A DNA stretch of 64,000 nt from NCBI GenBank assembly GCA_965223725.1, contig CBDCXE010000006.1, positions 610,012 through 674,011 on the forward strand, in the 5' to 3' direction. A program made the translations under genes and the position numbers. Below the pieces are notes generated by a model. The model was not told where the DNA came from and did not search any database. It saw nothing but the letters and a program-made list of their open reading frames with translations. Source of the DNA: Nitrospinota bacterium. GTDB lineage: Bacteria; Nitrospinota_A; UBA7883. Of this stretch, positions 1 through 9,187 are shown piece after piece (position 1 is the first letter of the stretch; every line of letters starts with the position of its first letter).

Positions 1-1
1 A

Positions 2-691
2 AAACTGGCTGAAAAAGCTGGCTATGAATTGATTAGCAATAATAGTGGAAGTAAAAAAACAATGTTTTTTATTGCTGATTCATTTGCTACATGGAACAAG
101 GAATATTTGGCAAGTTCATATAAAAACACTTTTATAGTAAATACATGGAGTCAATCATGGAGTCGTATGGAACAATTTCCAATAGATGCGATTAATACAA
201 TTAAACCAGATCTAGTTCTTATGCAATTTTCTGAAAGTCGCCTTGGTGTTAAACGAATAAGCCCATTCATTGTCCCACCATATGGCGGCGCAAACCCCCC
301 TCAAGTGAGGCAAGCTCGGCTGAGGCGACTCTACAAATCGACTAGGGACACTGCTTCGGCTACCGTTAAAAAGGTGTCTGGCGCTGATGGTAAATCGTTT
401 AATTTAGAATTAAACAAGCCAACAGCGAAAATGGTCATTGCACGCTTTGAAGTAATGGCGCATAAAGCGACGACTCTTTCTGTGCAATCCAACTTTAGGA
501 AAAAGGAGAAGTGGAGCGATCTATGCTATAAATATGACGAAATGACAATCATCCATATAAAGCCGGGACGTCACACTGTATATCTTTGTGGGCAGATAAA
601 AGAAAATATTTCTCACCTTACATTTGCAACAACTGAGCCACAGGACCTAACTATAGTAAAAGTGGATGTGCGACCGCATCTAGATCCGTAG
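2..691 (+). CDS. hypothetical protein, 5'-truncated at the window edge (frame open from nt 2; first ATG at 29)
   Basis: ORF track 29..691. The same frame has no stop back to nt 2, so the gene probably continues left of the window. Codon usage is AT-rich like the rest of the island. No catalytic motif recognised. Confidence 0.35.
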   Translation, partial: KLAEKAGYELISNNSGSKKTMFFIADSFATWNKEYLASSYKNTFIVNTWSQSWSRMEQFPIDAINTIKPDLVLMQFSESRLGVKRISPFIVPPYGGANPPQVRQARLRRLYKSTRDTASATVKKVSGADGKSFNLELNKPTAKMVIARFEVMAHKATTLSVQSNFRKKEKWSDLCYKYDEMTIIHIKPGRHTVYLCGQIKENISHLTFATTEPQDLTIVKVDVRPHLDP

Positions 692-765
692 CTATTATTT
701 CTCAGCCGCATTATATCGCATGATGATCCTTGGGCCATAAAGCCTATAGCAACGCTTTATAAAAT

Positions 766-1443
766 CTATTTTGGTTTAGAGCCGAGTATGAAAAACTGTT
801 TTCCTAGAAGAGGCCAGATCAGTGGGATTCGAAGATAAAGGGCTATGAGGGCTGGATGTTTTGGAAACCGCGATTTAGTAGAATAAGGTACAAACCGGTC
901 TATTAATCGATCAACACTAAATCCAGATTTCAGGAACGCTTCGGCGCACGATAAATGTGATAAAGGCAGATGATGGTCATAAAAATCCCAATATTGGCCT
1001 GGGACGTACCTGATATTCGGTTGTAAAGCCATAAATCGACCACCCGGTTCGAGGATACGTAAAACTTCCGCCAAAAGTGTATCAAAGGTCTTTTTGTCTG
1101 GCAAATGCTCGAAAAAATTACTGGTAAATACAACATTGACATCCTCATCCTTAATGAATGAGAGATCTGTTGCGGAGCCTAAATGAAAAGTTACATCAGG
1201 ACCAACAGATAAGGCGGAATCAGGGTTTAAATCCACGGCAAGTTTTTTCCCTGCGTTAATATGTCTGCTGAACTCCCCATATCCTGACGCCAAATCCAGA
1301 AGCGTGTCGCTTGGATTGATATACTGCTGGAAAAATTTTTCGCACAACACTTTCCAAACCATATCCTTTTCGAGTTTCTCCTTTTCAGAGAACCTGTGCC
1401 GATAGAGAACATCTACCTTCTCCACTGCTCTATCGCTCCACAC
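766..1443 (-). CDS. class I SAM-dependent methyltransferase
   Basis: Motif I-like VLDLASGYGEF followed by an acidic loop (Rossmann MTase fold). 225 aa. 14-nt overlap with the upstream GT2 gene, which suggests an operon. Confidence 0.7.
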   Translation of the reverse strand: MWSDRAVEKVDVLYRHRFSEKEKLEKDMVWKVLCEKFFQQYINPSDTLLDLASGYGEFSRHINAGKKLAVDLNPDSALSVGPDVTFHLGSATDLSFIKDEDVNVVFTSNFFEHLPDKKTFDTLLAEVLRILEPGGRFMALQPNIRYVPGQYWDFYDHHLPLSHLSCAEAFLKSGFSVDRLIDRFVPYSTKSRFPKHPALIALYLRIPLIWPLLGKQFFILGSKPK

Positions 1444-2146
1444 GCTCGTAATCAGCAGAAAAAATATTTTTCCATATTTTTAGCATATCTTTAATAGTAG
1501 CCAAGATATTTTTTACAGACACACTGTTACCTTGCCCAAAAGTTCGTGGAAAGGTCTGTATGCCAACCTGCCCGACCTGGTATCCTTTGAGCATGGATTT
1601 AATAGCTATTTCGGCGCCAATAAACGGGCTGTCAGATTCAAGCTTTATATCATCCGCGACTTTCTTTTTCATCATTCGCAGACCGGTGGAAATATCGCGA
1701 AAATGGGTGCGAAAAAGGAATCTTAATATGACATTATAGACCCAGGAGACAAAAATTCTCCAGTTCGAATAAATCTTCTTATAACGAAAGGTTATTATGA
1801 GATCATAATGATCTTTGACCAGAAAAATTTTGTTAAACTCGCCCACATCATACTGGTTATCTCCATCAAGCATTAATATCCACTCGTATTGACACGCGTT
1901 TATTCCTGTTCGAATAGCAGCCCCATAACCTCGGTTTTCCGGGTGATGAATAACTGATATATTTTTATGTTCGCCAGCCAGTTCATCAGCTATCGCGCCT
2001 GATCGATCGGGCGATCCATCATCCACAATAATAACTTCATATGGACAGCCAAGACTCTCAAGCAGGGCAATGGCGTTTTCTGCTACAGTACGGACGGTCC
2101 CCTCATCTCCATATACCGGAAAAAAAAGGCTTGCTGATGTAGGCAT
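1430..2146 (-). CDS. GT2-family polyprenyl-phosphate sugar synthase (Ppm1/ArnC/GtrB-like glycosyltransferase)
   Basis: EVIIVDDGSPD...HPENRGYGAAIRTG...LMLDGDNQYD. This is the typical GT-A DXD layout of dolichyl/undecaprenyl-phosphate hexosyltransferases, and the protein ends in a C-terminal helix. Confidence 0.75.
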   Translation of the reverse strand: MPTSASLFFPVYGDEGTVRTVAENAIALLESLGCPYEVIIVDDGSPDRSGAIADELAGEHKNISVIHHPENRGYGAAIRTGINACQYEWILMLDGDNQYDVGEFNKIFLVKDHYDLIITFRYKKIYSNWRIFVSWVYNVILRFLFRTHFRDISTGLRMMKKKVADDIKLESDSPFIGAEIAIKSMLKGYQVGQVGIQTFPRTFGQGNSVSVKNILATIKDMLKIWKNIFSADYERVER

Positions 2147-2159
2147 AATAATATTTAAC

Positions 2160-2897
2160 CTAAAAATTCATGCGACGGAAAATACTCCATGGTGTCCACT
2201 TTAAAGCAGCGGATATCCACATCCAAAAACTGGGAATATACCATACCCCCCCCTTATTACCTAGGTTATTAACAACCTTCTCTGCAATACGCTCCGGACT
2301 GGCTTTAGGGATAGGAGTAGACATCCCGAATGCCTGGCCAGTGTCGAGATAGCCAACAATGTAAAAAGATACCATTACACCGTATGGAGCAAATCCATGA
2401 CGTATCGACTCGAAAAAACTGGCCAAAGCCCGTTTAGCCGCGCTGTAGTAAATATTTGCATTCCTCCCTCTGGCAGCGGCGATAGAACCAAATCCTACAA
2501 TATCACCTTTGCGCTCTTTTATTATTTTAGGAGAAAAATAAGATATAATTTCGCTCACTGAAGAGAAATTGGCGGCCAATACTTCTATGCCTATAGTTTC
2601 ATCCGGAGGAAATCGATCTTCGTCCCAGGTTGCGCCAATCGGAAATAGCATTCCATTTAGCTCTCCGGTTTTGTCTATCGCCTTCTCAAGTTTACTGAGG
2701 TCAGGGCGGGATGAAGCGTTGAAGGAAAGGGCCACCGGACAAATGGAAACGCCATAGCGTATGGCGCAGTCTGTGGCAAGCGCATCCAGGTCACGCTGGT
2801 CACTGGAGACAATAACCAGGTTGGCTCCTATCCTGGCCAGCGCTACTGTAATTGCTCTTCCGAGGCCTGAAGACGCCCCAACGACAAGGTATGTCAT
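2160..2897 (-). CDS. short-chain dehydrogenase/reductase, DprE2-like (polyprenyl-phospho-2-keto-sugar 2-reductase)
   Basis: N-terminal VVGASSGLGRAIT dinucleotide motif. YSAAKRAL matches the catalytic YxxxK. The C-terminal WSIFRRM tail resembles DprE2 RSIFRKL. ATGA 4-nt overlap with the upstream FAD oxidase gene. Confidence 0.7.
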   Translation of the reverse strand: MTYLVVGASSGLGRAITVALARIGANLVIVSSDQRDLDALATDCAIRYGVSICPVALSFNASSRPDLSKLEKAIDKTGELNGMLFPIGATWDEDRFPPDETIGIEVLAANFSSVSEIISYFSPKIIKERKGDIVGFGSIAAARGRNANIYYSAAKRALASFFESIRHGFAPYGVMVSFYIVGYLDTGQAFGMSTPIPKASPERIAEKVVNNLGNKGGVWYIPSFWMWISAALKWTPWSIFRRMNF

Positions 2898-4228
2898 AGT
2901 CCTGCTCTCATAAGTAATTCAGACATAAATACCCTGTTTGGGTCAAGTTTATTAATTCGGTCAATAGTAAGTTCATACTCTGGATAACTGGCAGACACGA
3001 CCTCCTGTGAAAGTCGGGAGTCTTTAATCAGGTTGGGAATTGCTTTATGCTCCAGGCAAAGCTCGTCAAAAGCTGTGAGAAATATCGATGTAGAACTTGT
3101 CTGGGCCATATCAAGCGTAACGCATATCCCAGGGCCTGCAAAGCGAAAACCAGTTTGCAAGCCAGATGATTTTTTTAATGATATCATGACACCAGGAGCA
3201 TTGTGATTAAACAGCAACGCTTCCAAAAGTTCAAGGAATGCCCCTGCTTTTTCATCAGTTATAATTACCTGCGCTTCCGCCAAACCACGCTTGCCATAGG
3301 CTAAAAAATAATATGGGTTGGCGGCGAAAGGAAAAGTTGATGCAAATAACGATATATTGTTCGTAGAAGTTTTTTTCTCTTCTTGATGCAAATAAAATTT
3401 TAAAGCTGCATTTCTCAATGGGCTGGCCCAAAGGGAGATAGGTGAAATAGAGCGAGCTCGAGCGGTGATGGGTCGGTATGAGGGTGGAGATGTGAATTTA
3501 CCATTTCCCTCTGCTGGTTCACCTGTATACAAAAATCCTCGACCGAATAATCCTTTCGTGGGAGACGCAACATGGAATGTATAGGCAAAATTGGAAGAAG
3601 AAACAGCGCTCGAACGTAATTGTTCCAAACCTTCTGTCAATGAGTTTAGTGAACTGCGATGGAGAAGAGTCTTTTCTCCCTTTTTAATTTGTTCAAGACG
3701 AAGAGTGGCGCTTACGATAATTCCTGTGGAGCCATAACCACCACAGGTCAAATCGAAAAGTTCCTTGTTTTCTTCTTCCGACAACGTAATAAGACCATGA
3801 GCAGGATGATAGAGGACTAATGAGATTACACAAGAATGAAAGCTTCCTGCAACTCCAAAATTTTTTCCGTTTACATCTGCAGCAATGCAACCTCCAATAG
3901 TGATATCTGGATAGCCAGGTTGGACACCAAGGGCAAGCCCACGCCGGGAGGTGGCGCCTAAAAGTTCCCCCAGGGTTATACCAGCCTCAACAGTGACTGT
4001 TTTATTATTTTCATCCAGGAAAAGGATTCTGGAAAAAGAACGCATGGAGACCGTAGTGACACCTTGTCCAAAAGAGGCCGCTGCATAGGAATAGCCGCCA
4101 CCTTGAGCAATATATGGCCCTTTAGCCCACGTTTGGTCAAACACACGGTATCTATCAGGCCGCGCAAAGTCAGAAGAGATAGATATCTGGCCATCGAAAG
4201 ATAAAAATTTGCTTAACTCTGTTTTCAC
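2894..4228 (-). CDS. FAD-linked oxidase, DprE1-like (polyprenyl-phospho-sugar 2-oxidase)
   Basis: GGCIAADVNGKNFGVAGSFHSCV and STGIIVSATLRL match the DprE1 FAD-binding (PCMH) core GGAIACDIHGKNHHSAGSF / LTGIIMRATIEM. The C-terminal KDSR...YP...INKLDPNRVFMSELLMRAGL matches the DprE1 C-terminus. Confidence 0.75.
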   Translation of the reverse strand: MKTELSKFLSFDGQISISSDFARPDRYRVFDQTWAKGPYIAQGGGYSYAAASFGQGVTTVSMRSFSRILFLDENNKTVTVEAGITLGELLGATSRRGLALGVQPGYPDITIGGCIAADVNGKNFGVAGSFHSCVISLVLYHPAHGLITLSEEENKELFDLTCGGYGSTGIIVSATLRLEQIKKGEKTLLHRSSLNSLTEGLEQLRSSAVSSSNFAYTFHVASPTKGLFGRGFLYTGEPAEGNGKFTSPPSYRPITARARSISPISLWASPLRNAALKFYLHQEEKKTSTNNISLFASTFPFAANPYYFLAYGKRGLAEAQVIITDEKAGAFLELLEALLFNHNAPGVMISLKKSSGLQTGFRFAGPGICVTLDMAQTSSTSIFLTAFDELCLEHKAIPNLIKDSRLSQEVVSASYPEYELTIDRINKLDPNRVFMSELLMRAGL

Positions 4229-4779
4229 GTATTATTATGCTTGTTGATTATCTGTATTGTAGCAATTAATATTAAATTACTTACCGTCTGCCTAAATTAT
4301 TAGCCACCATGCCTGGAGAAAATAAAGAGATTTAGTCTATGCTCATAACTGTATTACAATAACGATTTAAATAAGTTAACTTCCTGGTTTTATCATAATA
4401 TAGCAGAGTTAAAATAAATTCTATATTGCCATATTATTTTTAAGTAAACTTTTTCCAAAATTATATAAGTAATAACCTCTGGTATGTGATATTTATTTTA
4501 TAAGAAATTTGCAAACAGTATCATGTGTGTTATCCTGTGTTGGATTTATGCCAAATAATGCAAAGTAATTATAACCGATAACAAATTAACTAATAAAGTC
4601 TTAAGATGCAATTGTATGGAGACTGCCAAAAAAAATGCGGACTTGTACCTGCAAGTTAAGCAAAAAATCTGTGAAAAGCGCTTGCTTATTTAGAACCTGA
4701 CGATAAAACTAAAATAAAATCGCCTGCATCAGTCTGGCAATGGCAACATCACATGTTTGTTTAAATAACACTATTTTAA
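4229..4779. promoter_or_regulatory. 550-bp extremely AT-rich divergent intergenic region (bidirectional promoter region for the DprE1-like operon and the GT-C-like gene)
   Basis: Divergent gene starts at 4228 (minus) and 4780 (plus). The region has long AT runs and no ORF of 60 aa or more. Confidence 0.35.
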
Positions 4780-7110
4780 TTGTCATTTATGCTTAAACCA
4801 ATTGTATACACTGCACTTACTTTTACGGTAATTATTATTTTTACCGTATTCAACCCACTTTTGCCTGGTGTGGGCCTCGATATTTCATGGTATCTTGCAA
4901 ACAACCAAGCAGTAGCGCAGAACGTGGTGTTTGGTGAGAATTTGCTAACTACGCTTGGTCCATACCCATCAATTTATTCGAACGTCTATCATCCTGATAT
5001 TCACCAAATGGCGTTACTAGGTGGCATACTGATTGGCGTATGCTATTCAGTATTATTATTGCTCATTGCGATTGAGTTAGACTGGAAATGGTTGATCCTT
5101 TACATTTGCTTCTTATTTGCCTGTCGTGTCCCGTTTGATACTTATTTGTTTTCATATATCTTCTTTATGTCAATAGTTGTCTACCGTATGACCCTGCCCA
5201 TCTCATCCAATCTTGTGTTGGAGAACACTGCACAAAACAAATGTTTTTATATTTTAGCGCTTGTACCATTGGGACTTTTGTTACTAACCAAAGGATCCGT
5301 CATACCATATATAGTATTAGCTGTTGGTATATGCGTCATTATGTTTTGGATGAGCCGTGATAAAGCATTCGCTTTAATTACTATCATAGTGCCAGTTGCC
5401 AGCTCTTTAGCTTTCTGGGTTGTTTCTGGACAACCTTTATGGGCCTTTCCAAAGTTTGTTGGTAATATGCTTGAAGTTATATTTGGATATTCAGATGCGA
5501 TGTCAGCATCAGGACCAGGTGGCTCATCGCATATTGCTTTGTATTTAATAACATCAGCGATGATTCTTTACCTAACGACAAAAAAAGAGTTTGGTCCACT
5601 CGTTTCAAGACTTCTGCTGTTTACAACGTTTTCATTATTTTTGTACGTTTCATTTAAAGCCGGTTTTGTTAGAGCCGGTATTGGCCATCAAATGATGGCT
5701 AGCACTTCTCTGGTCATAGCGGCGTTATCCATATTACTATTATCTAAAAGTAAATTGCGGTTAATCATACTGCCATTTGTAATAATTACATGGGTATTTA
5801 TTGACGGTCATTTTTATAATAAGCCGGCGGAGAACTTGACCGGGTTACTGCGCTGGGCTGTTGGTGACAGGAATTTTGAAGAAGAATATGAAAATAAATT
5901 TAGTGAAATTAACAGGAAATACTATATTCCTAAACTAACAGGGACAGTGGATATCTATTCTTTTGGTCAGTCATTTTTACTAGCTTCCGGAAATAAGTAT
6001 AACCCACGACCAACGGTGCAAAGTTTTGCGGCGTACACACCATATCTGGCTAGCCTGAACGAGAGATACATTCGAGGATCCAACGCGCCAGACAACATAT
6101 TATTTAGGGTGGAAACCATAGATCACCGATTTCCAAGCCTTGATGATGGAATAAGTTGGCCCACTTTGCTTAACAGATATGAAATATATGGATATGATGA
6201 ATATTTGGATTTATTCTACTTGAGGAAAAAGGCCGAGGCAAAGGGTGATCTTTTTGATGATGAAACAGTTGATATCCAAGGCAATTTCCAACAGGAGATA
6301 TCACTACCTGATAGTGAGGAGGTGTTGTTTGCAGAATTTGATATTAAGCCAACATTATTTGGCAGGGCTATGTCTATTATCTATAAACGCCCCAAAATTG
6401 AAATCAGTATTGTCCTGGAAAGTGGACGATCCCGAACTTATCGAATAATTCCTGGTATGGCCAAGTCTGGTTTTATTATTTCTCCGTTAATTGAACGCAC
6501 AAGAGAATTTATATTTCTAAACAAGCCATACCAGAGCTATTTATCTCCAAATCGTGTGAAAAGTATAGTAATTTCGTCAACTCAAGGTATTTTTAAATCG
6601 TGGGACGAACATTTCATGCTGCGACTTGGAAAGGTAAAGATAGAGTCAAATAGAGACGCCAACCTGTTAAAAGTCATAGATTACGATTACTCAAAAATGG
6701 CGCTACACCCAGCCCAATCTATTAAAATTAGTGTAAAGTGCCAGGGAGGAGTCGATACAATAAATGGCTTCAGGGTAGATAAAAAAATAATAAACGTTTC
6801 TAAAACACTCTTGGTCTATGGATGGTCCACTGCATATTCAACAAAAAGTAAAGTCGCCAGCAATATTTATTTGACTTTAACCGATATGCATGGAGAGACT
6901 AAATATTTGGAAACAAAAAAAGTTGTCAGGCCAAATCTTGCAGAGTATTTTAATAATCCAATGCTATTAAACGCTGGATATTTTGCGAATATTAATATTT
7001 CTAACATTGAAGGGAAATATGCTTTAGGCATATCCCATATGCTTAATGGCTCAATCAAACATTGTGCTAGTCCTCAAATTCAGCTAAATATTAATAAGCA
7101 ACCTAAATAA
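4780..7110 (+). CDS. polytopic membrane protein, candidate GT-C-fold glycosyltransferase using a lipid-linked sugar donor
   Basis: 776 aa. The N-terminal ~400 aa carry roughly 11-13 hydrophobic helices. The C-terminal ~370 aa form a soluble domain, the architecture of Emb/Aft/ArnT-type GT-C enzymes. The gene is divergent from the DprE1/DprE2/GT2 operon. Confidence 0.45.
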   Translation: MSFMLKPIVYTALTFTVIIIFTVFNPLLPGVGLDISWYLANNQAVAQNVVFGENLLTTLGPYPSIYSNVYHPDIHQMALLGGILIGVCYSVLLLLIAIELDWKWLILYICFLFACRVPFDTYLFSYIFFMSIVVYRMTLPISSNLVLENTAQNKCFYILALVPLGLLLLTKGSVIPYIVLAVGICVIMFWMSRDKAFALITIIVPVASSLAFWVVSGQPLWAFPKFVGNMLEVIFGYSDAMSASGPGGSSHIALYLITSAMILYLTTKKEFGPLVSRLLLFTTFSLFLYVSFKAGFVRAGIGHQMMASTSLVIAALSILLLSKSKLRLIILPFVIITWVFIDGHFYNKPAENLTGLLRWAVGDRNFEEEYENKFSEINRKYYIPKLTGTVDIYSFGQSFLLASGNKYNPRPTVQSFAAYTPYLASLNERYIRGSNAPDNILFRVETIDHRFPSLDDGISWPTLLNRYEIYGYDEYLDLFYLRKKAEAKGDLFDDETVDIQGNFQQEISLPDSEEVLFAEFDIKPTLFGRAMSIIYKRPKIEISIVLESGRSRTYRIIPGMAKSGFIISPLIERTREFIFLNKPYQSYLSPNRVKSIVISSTQGIFKSWDEHFMLRLGKVKIESNRDANLLKVIDYDYSKMALHPAQSIKISVKCQGGVDTINGFRVDKKIINVSKTLLVYGWSTAYSTKSKVASNIYLTLTDMHGETKYLETKKVVRPNLAEYFNNPMLLNAGYFANINISNIEGKYALGISHMLNGSIKHCASPQIQLNINKQPK

Positions 7111-7322
7111 ACCACCAATGCAGTCGATAACTAACAAGGCTATATATTACGTTAGCATTATTTCCAGCTGGCGCAGAATAAAAAGATATGTTTCGATTAA
7201 ACCGCACGATCGATTAAAAAATAGAAGAGATACGCGGTTCCATTTTGATTATTCACTGTTAAATTTATAACATATATATACAAACTGGCTACTGTAATAA
7301 TTTAGCGAGATTGCTGTTTGAG

Positions 7323-8270
7323 TCAATTCTGCTCCGCTTCCTTGACGGAATATGCTTTCTTGATTCCGAGTGTACAGCCGCCACATATTGGATGACCAAC
7401 TCTCGATTGGTTTTCAACTCTCAACTGCCTTAGTTCAGGTTTATTATAGATTTCCAAAATGCTTTCATCTTTAACATTGTACTTTCCTAAATCTCCATTC
7501 GCGTCCAGACAGCAAAATGCGACTTTACCATCGGAACAGATATGTATCTGGAACCATTTTGCACACCCTATATCCGGGGTTTCGCTGGTTTTGAGATCAC
7601 TTACCGAGCCTAACCAATTGAACGGTTCGGTAAGAGCGGGGTTAAACATAGGGAATTCATTTTCAACGAAAGCAACATAGTTATCATCATCCAAATTATT
7701 GCTTGCGACACGGGATAAAGTTACAGGAAAAGCAATGTTCCCGTTTACTTTTTCATCATGTAGTAATCTTAAATTGTTCATTATAAGATCCCACGATAGC
7801 CCCATGCTATGTTCATATTTTTCTGGTTCGCATTCATTAAGCGAGACGTTCAACATCATGATATTTTCAAGTTCTGCAAATTTATCGATGATTTTCCCAT
7901 TTAGAGGAGATCCATTTGTATAAAAAGGTATTCTTGCTTGCGGAGCGACCGTTTTTACTTTATCAATAGCATCGAAGATATCTTTATTTAGAAGCGGTTC
8001 ACTTAGGCTTGATAATACTATCCTTATTGGAAGTTTATTTGGAAATTCACCTAGGTCATGCAATATTTTTTCGAAAAGCTCACCTGACATTTTTTCACCT
8101 TTTCTAGATGAACTATCATATGGACAAAAATTGCAAGTAGCGTTACACAGGTTTAATAGATCAAATGTGACCTGGAAAGGATATTCAGAATATCGTTCTT
8201 GCAGAATGGATATCAGATTCTGATATTTAGTTAAAGATTCTTCATTATAGAAATCATTTTTATTATTCAT
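7323..8270 (-). CDS. radical SAM protein with C-terminal SPASM/twitch-like cysteine cluster
   Basis: CNATCNFC is a CX3CX2C radical-SAM motif near the N-terminus. A second Cys cluster lies C-terminally (CSDGKVAFCCLD ... GHPICGGCTLG). Confidence 0.65.
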   Translation of the reverse strand: MNNKNDFYNEESLTKYQNLISILQERYSEYPFQVTFDLLNLCNATCNFCPYDSSSRKGEKMSGELFEKILHDLGEFPNKLPIRIVLSSLSEPLLNKDIFDAIDKVKTVAPQARIPFYTNGSPLNGKIIDKFAELENIMMLNVSLNECEPEKYEHSMGLSWDLIMNNLRLLHDEKVNGNIAFPVTLSRVASNNLDDDNYVAFVENEFPMFNPALTEPFNWLGSVSDLKTSETPDIGCAKWFQIHICSDGKVAFCCLDANGDLGKYNVKDESILEIYNKPELRQLRVENQSRVGHPICGGCTLGIKKAYSVKEAEQN

Positions 8271-8367
8271 GGCAATATTTCCATTTGAAACGAAACCAAC
8301 ATTGCTATAGTAACTGAAAAATTAAATGGCAGGTTGACTGATTTGCAAGTAGAAAAACGTCATGGAG

Positions 8368-9009
8368 TCAATACCGCAATAACCACCCATTTGGAGAATA
8401 AGTTACATTGTATCCATAAAAATCACAATAAGACGCATCGATCTTATAGCGTTTGTAATTTGCTTTTAGGAATGCTTCTACCGCCCGGTTAGGGCCATTA
8501 TTAAACATTTCAAACTGTTTAAGAGGCATGTCATTCAAAATGCCATCCTCTATCACAATATATTCGCCCGGGTGAAGGTAATTATCAAAAAAATTAAGAG
8601 CAGCAGTGCATGTTTCAAATAGATGACCACTATCTTCTACCACTAGCCACGGACGGGGAAGCGAAGATAAAAAACTCTCCGGTAACACTTTTTCCAAATC
8701 AAGGACATCCCCTTCAAGAAATGTTATCCGTTCATCTTCAAACGTTGCTATCGGGTTATTGTCGATGGTGACTATGCGAGGTTGATAACCCATGTTTGAA
8801 GCTGTATCGGCAAACCATAGAGCGCTTCCGCCTTCCTTTGTGCCCAGTTCGATAATAGTCTTTGGTAAGGTTTTCTGGATAAGACGCATATATGAAACGA
8901 TATCAAAAGGGCATTTGATGAATCGGTAACCTTTATAAGTTGTACGTGCAATACCTTGATGAATACCTATTATAGTATCTGCTGGTAGCGATGATTTAAA
9001 GTCACGCAT
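8368..9009 (-). CDS. CmcI/cephalosporin-hydroxylase-family SAM methyltransferase (rhamnosyl O-methyltransferase-like)
   Basis: IIELGTKEGGSALWFAD resembles the CmcI family (PF04989-like) Rossmann motif. 213 aa. Confidence 0.5.
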   Translation of the reverse strand: MRDFKSSLPADTIIGIHQGIARTTYKGYRFIKCPFDIVSYMRLIQKTLPKTIIELGTKEGGSALWFADTASNMGYQPRIVTIDNNPIATFEDERITFLEGDVLDLEKVLPESFLSSLPRPWLVVEDSGHLFETCTAALNFFDNYLHPGEYIVIEDGILNDMPLKQFEMFNNGPNRAVEAFLKANYKRYKIDASYCDFYGYNVTYSPNGWLLRY

Positions 9010-9187
9010 CGAAGTTACAATTACTTTTCATTTTTATGATGCAATTTATAGCATTCGTTTGTTTTGTTAACTTTTTTACGCTTTCCAAACAGTACTTGCT
9101 ATCAATCGATTAGCGCTGGTTTATGATTTGTCTGGGTTGTGTTCAAAGAGTTGCAAATAATAGTTATATTTTTGTTATCTATTGATT

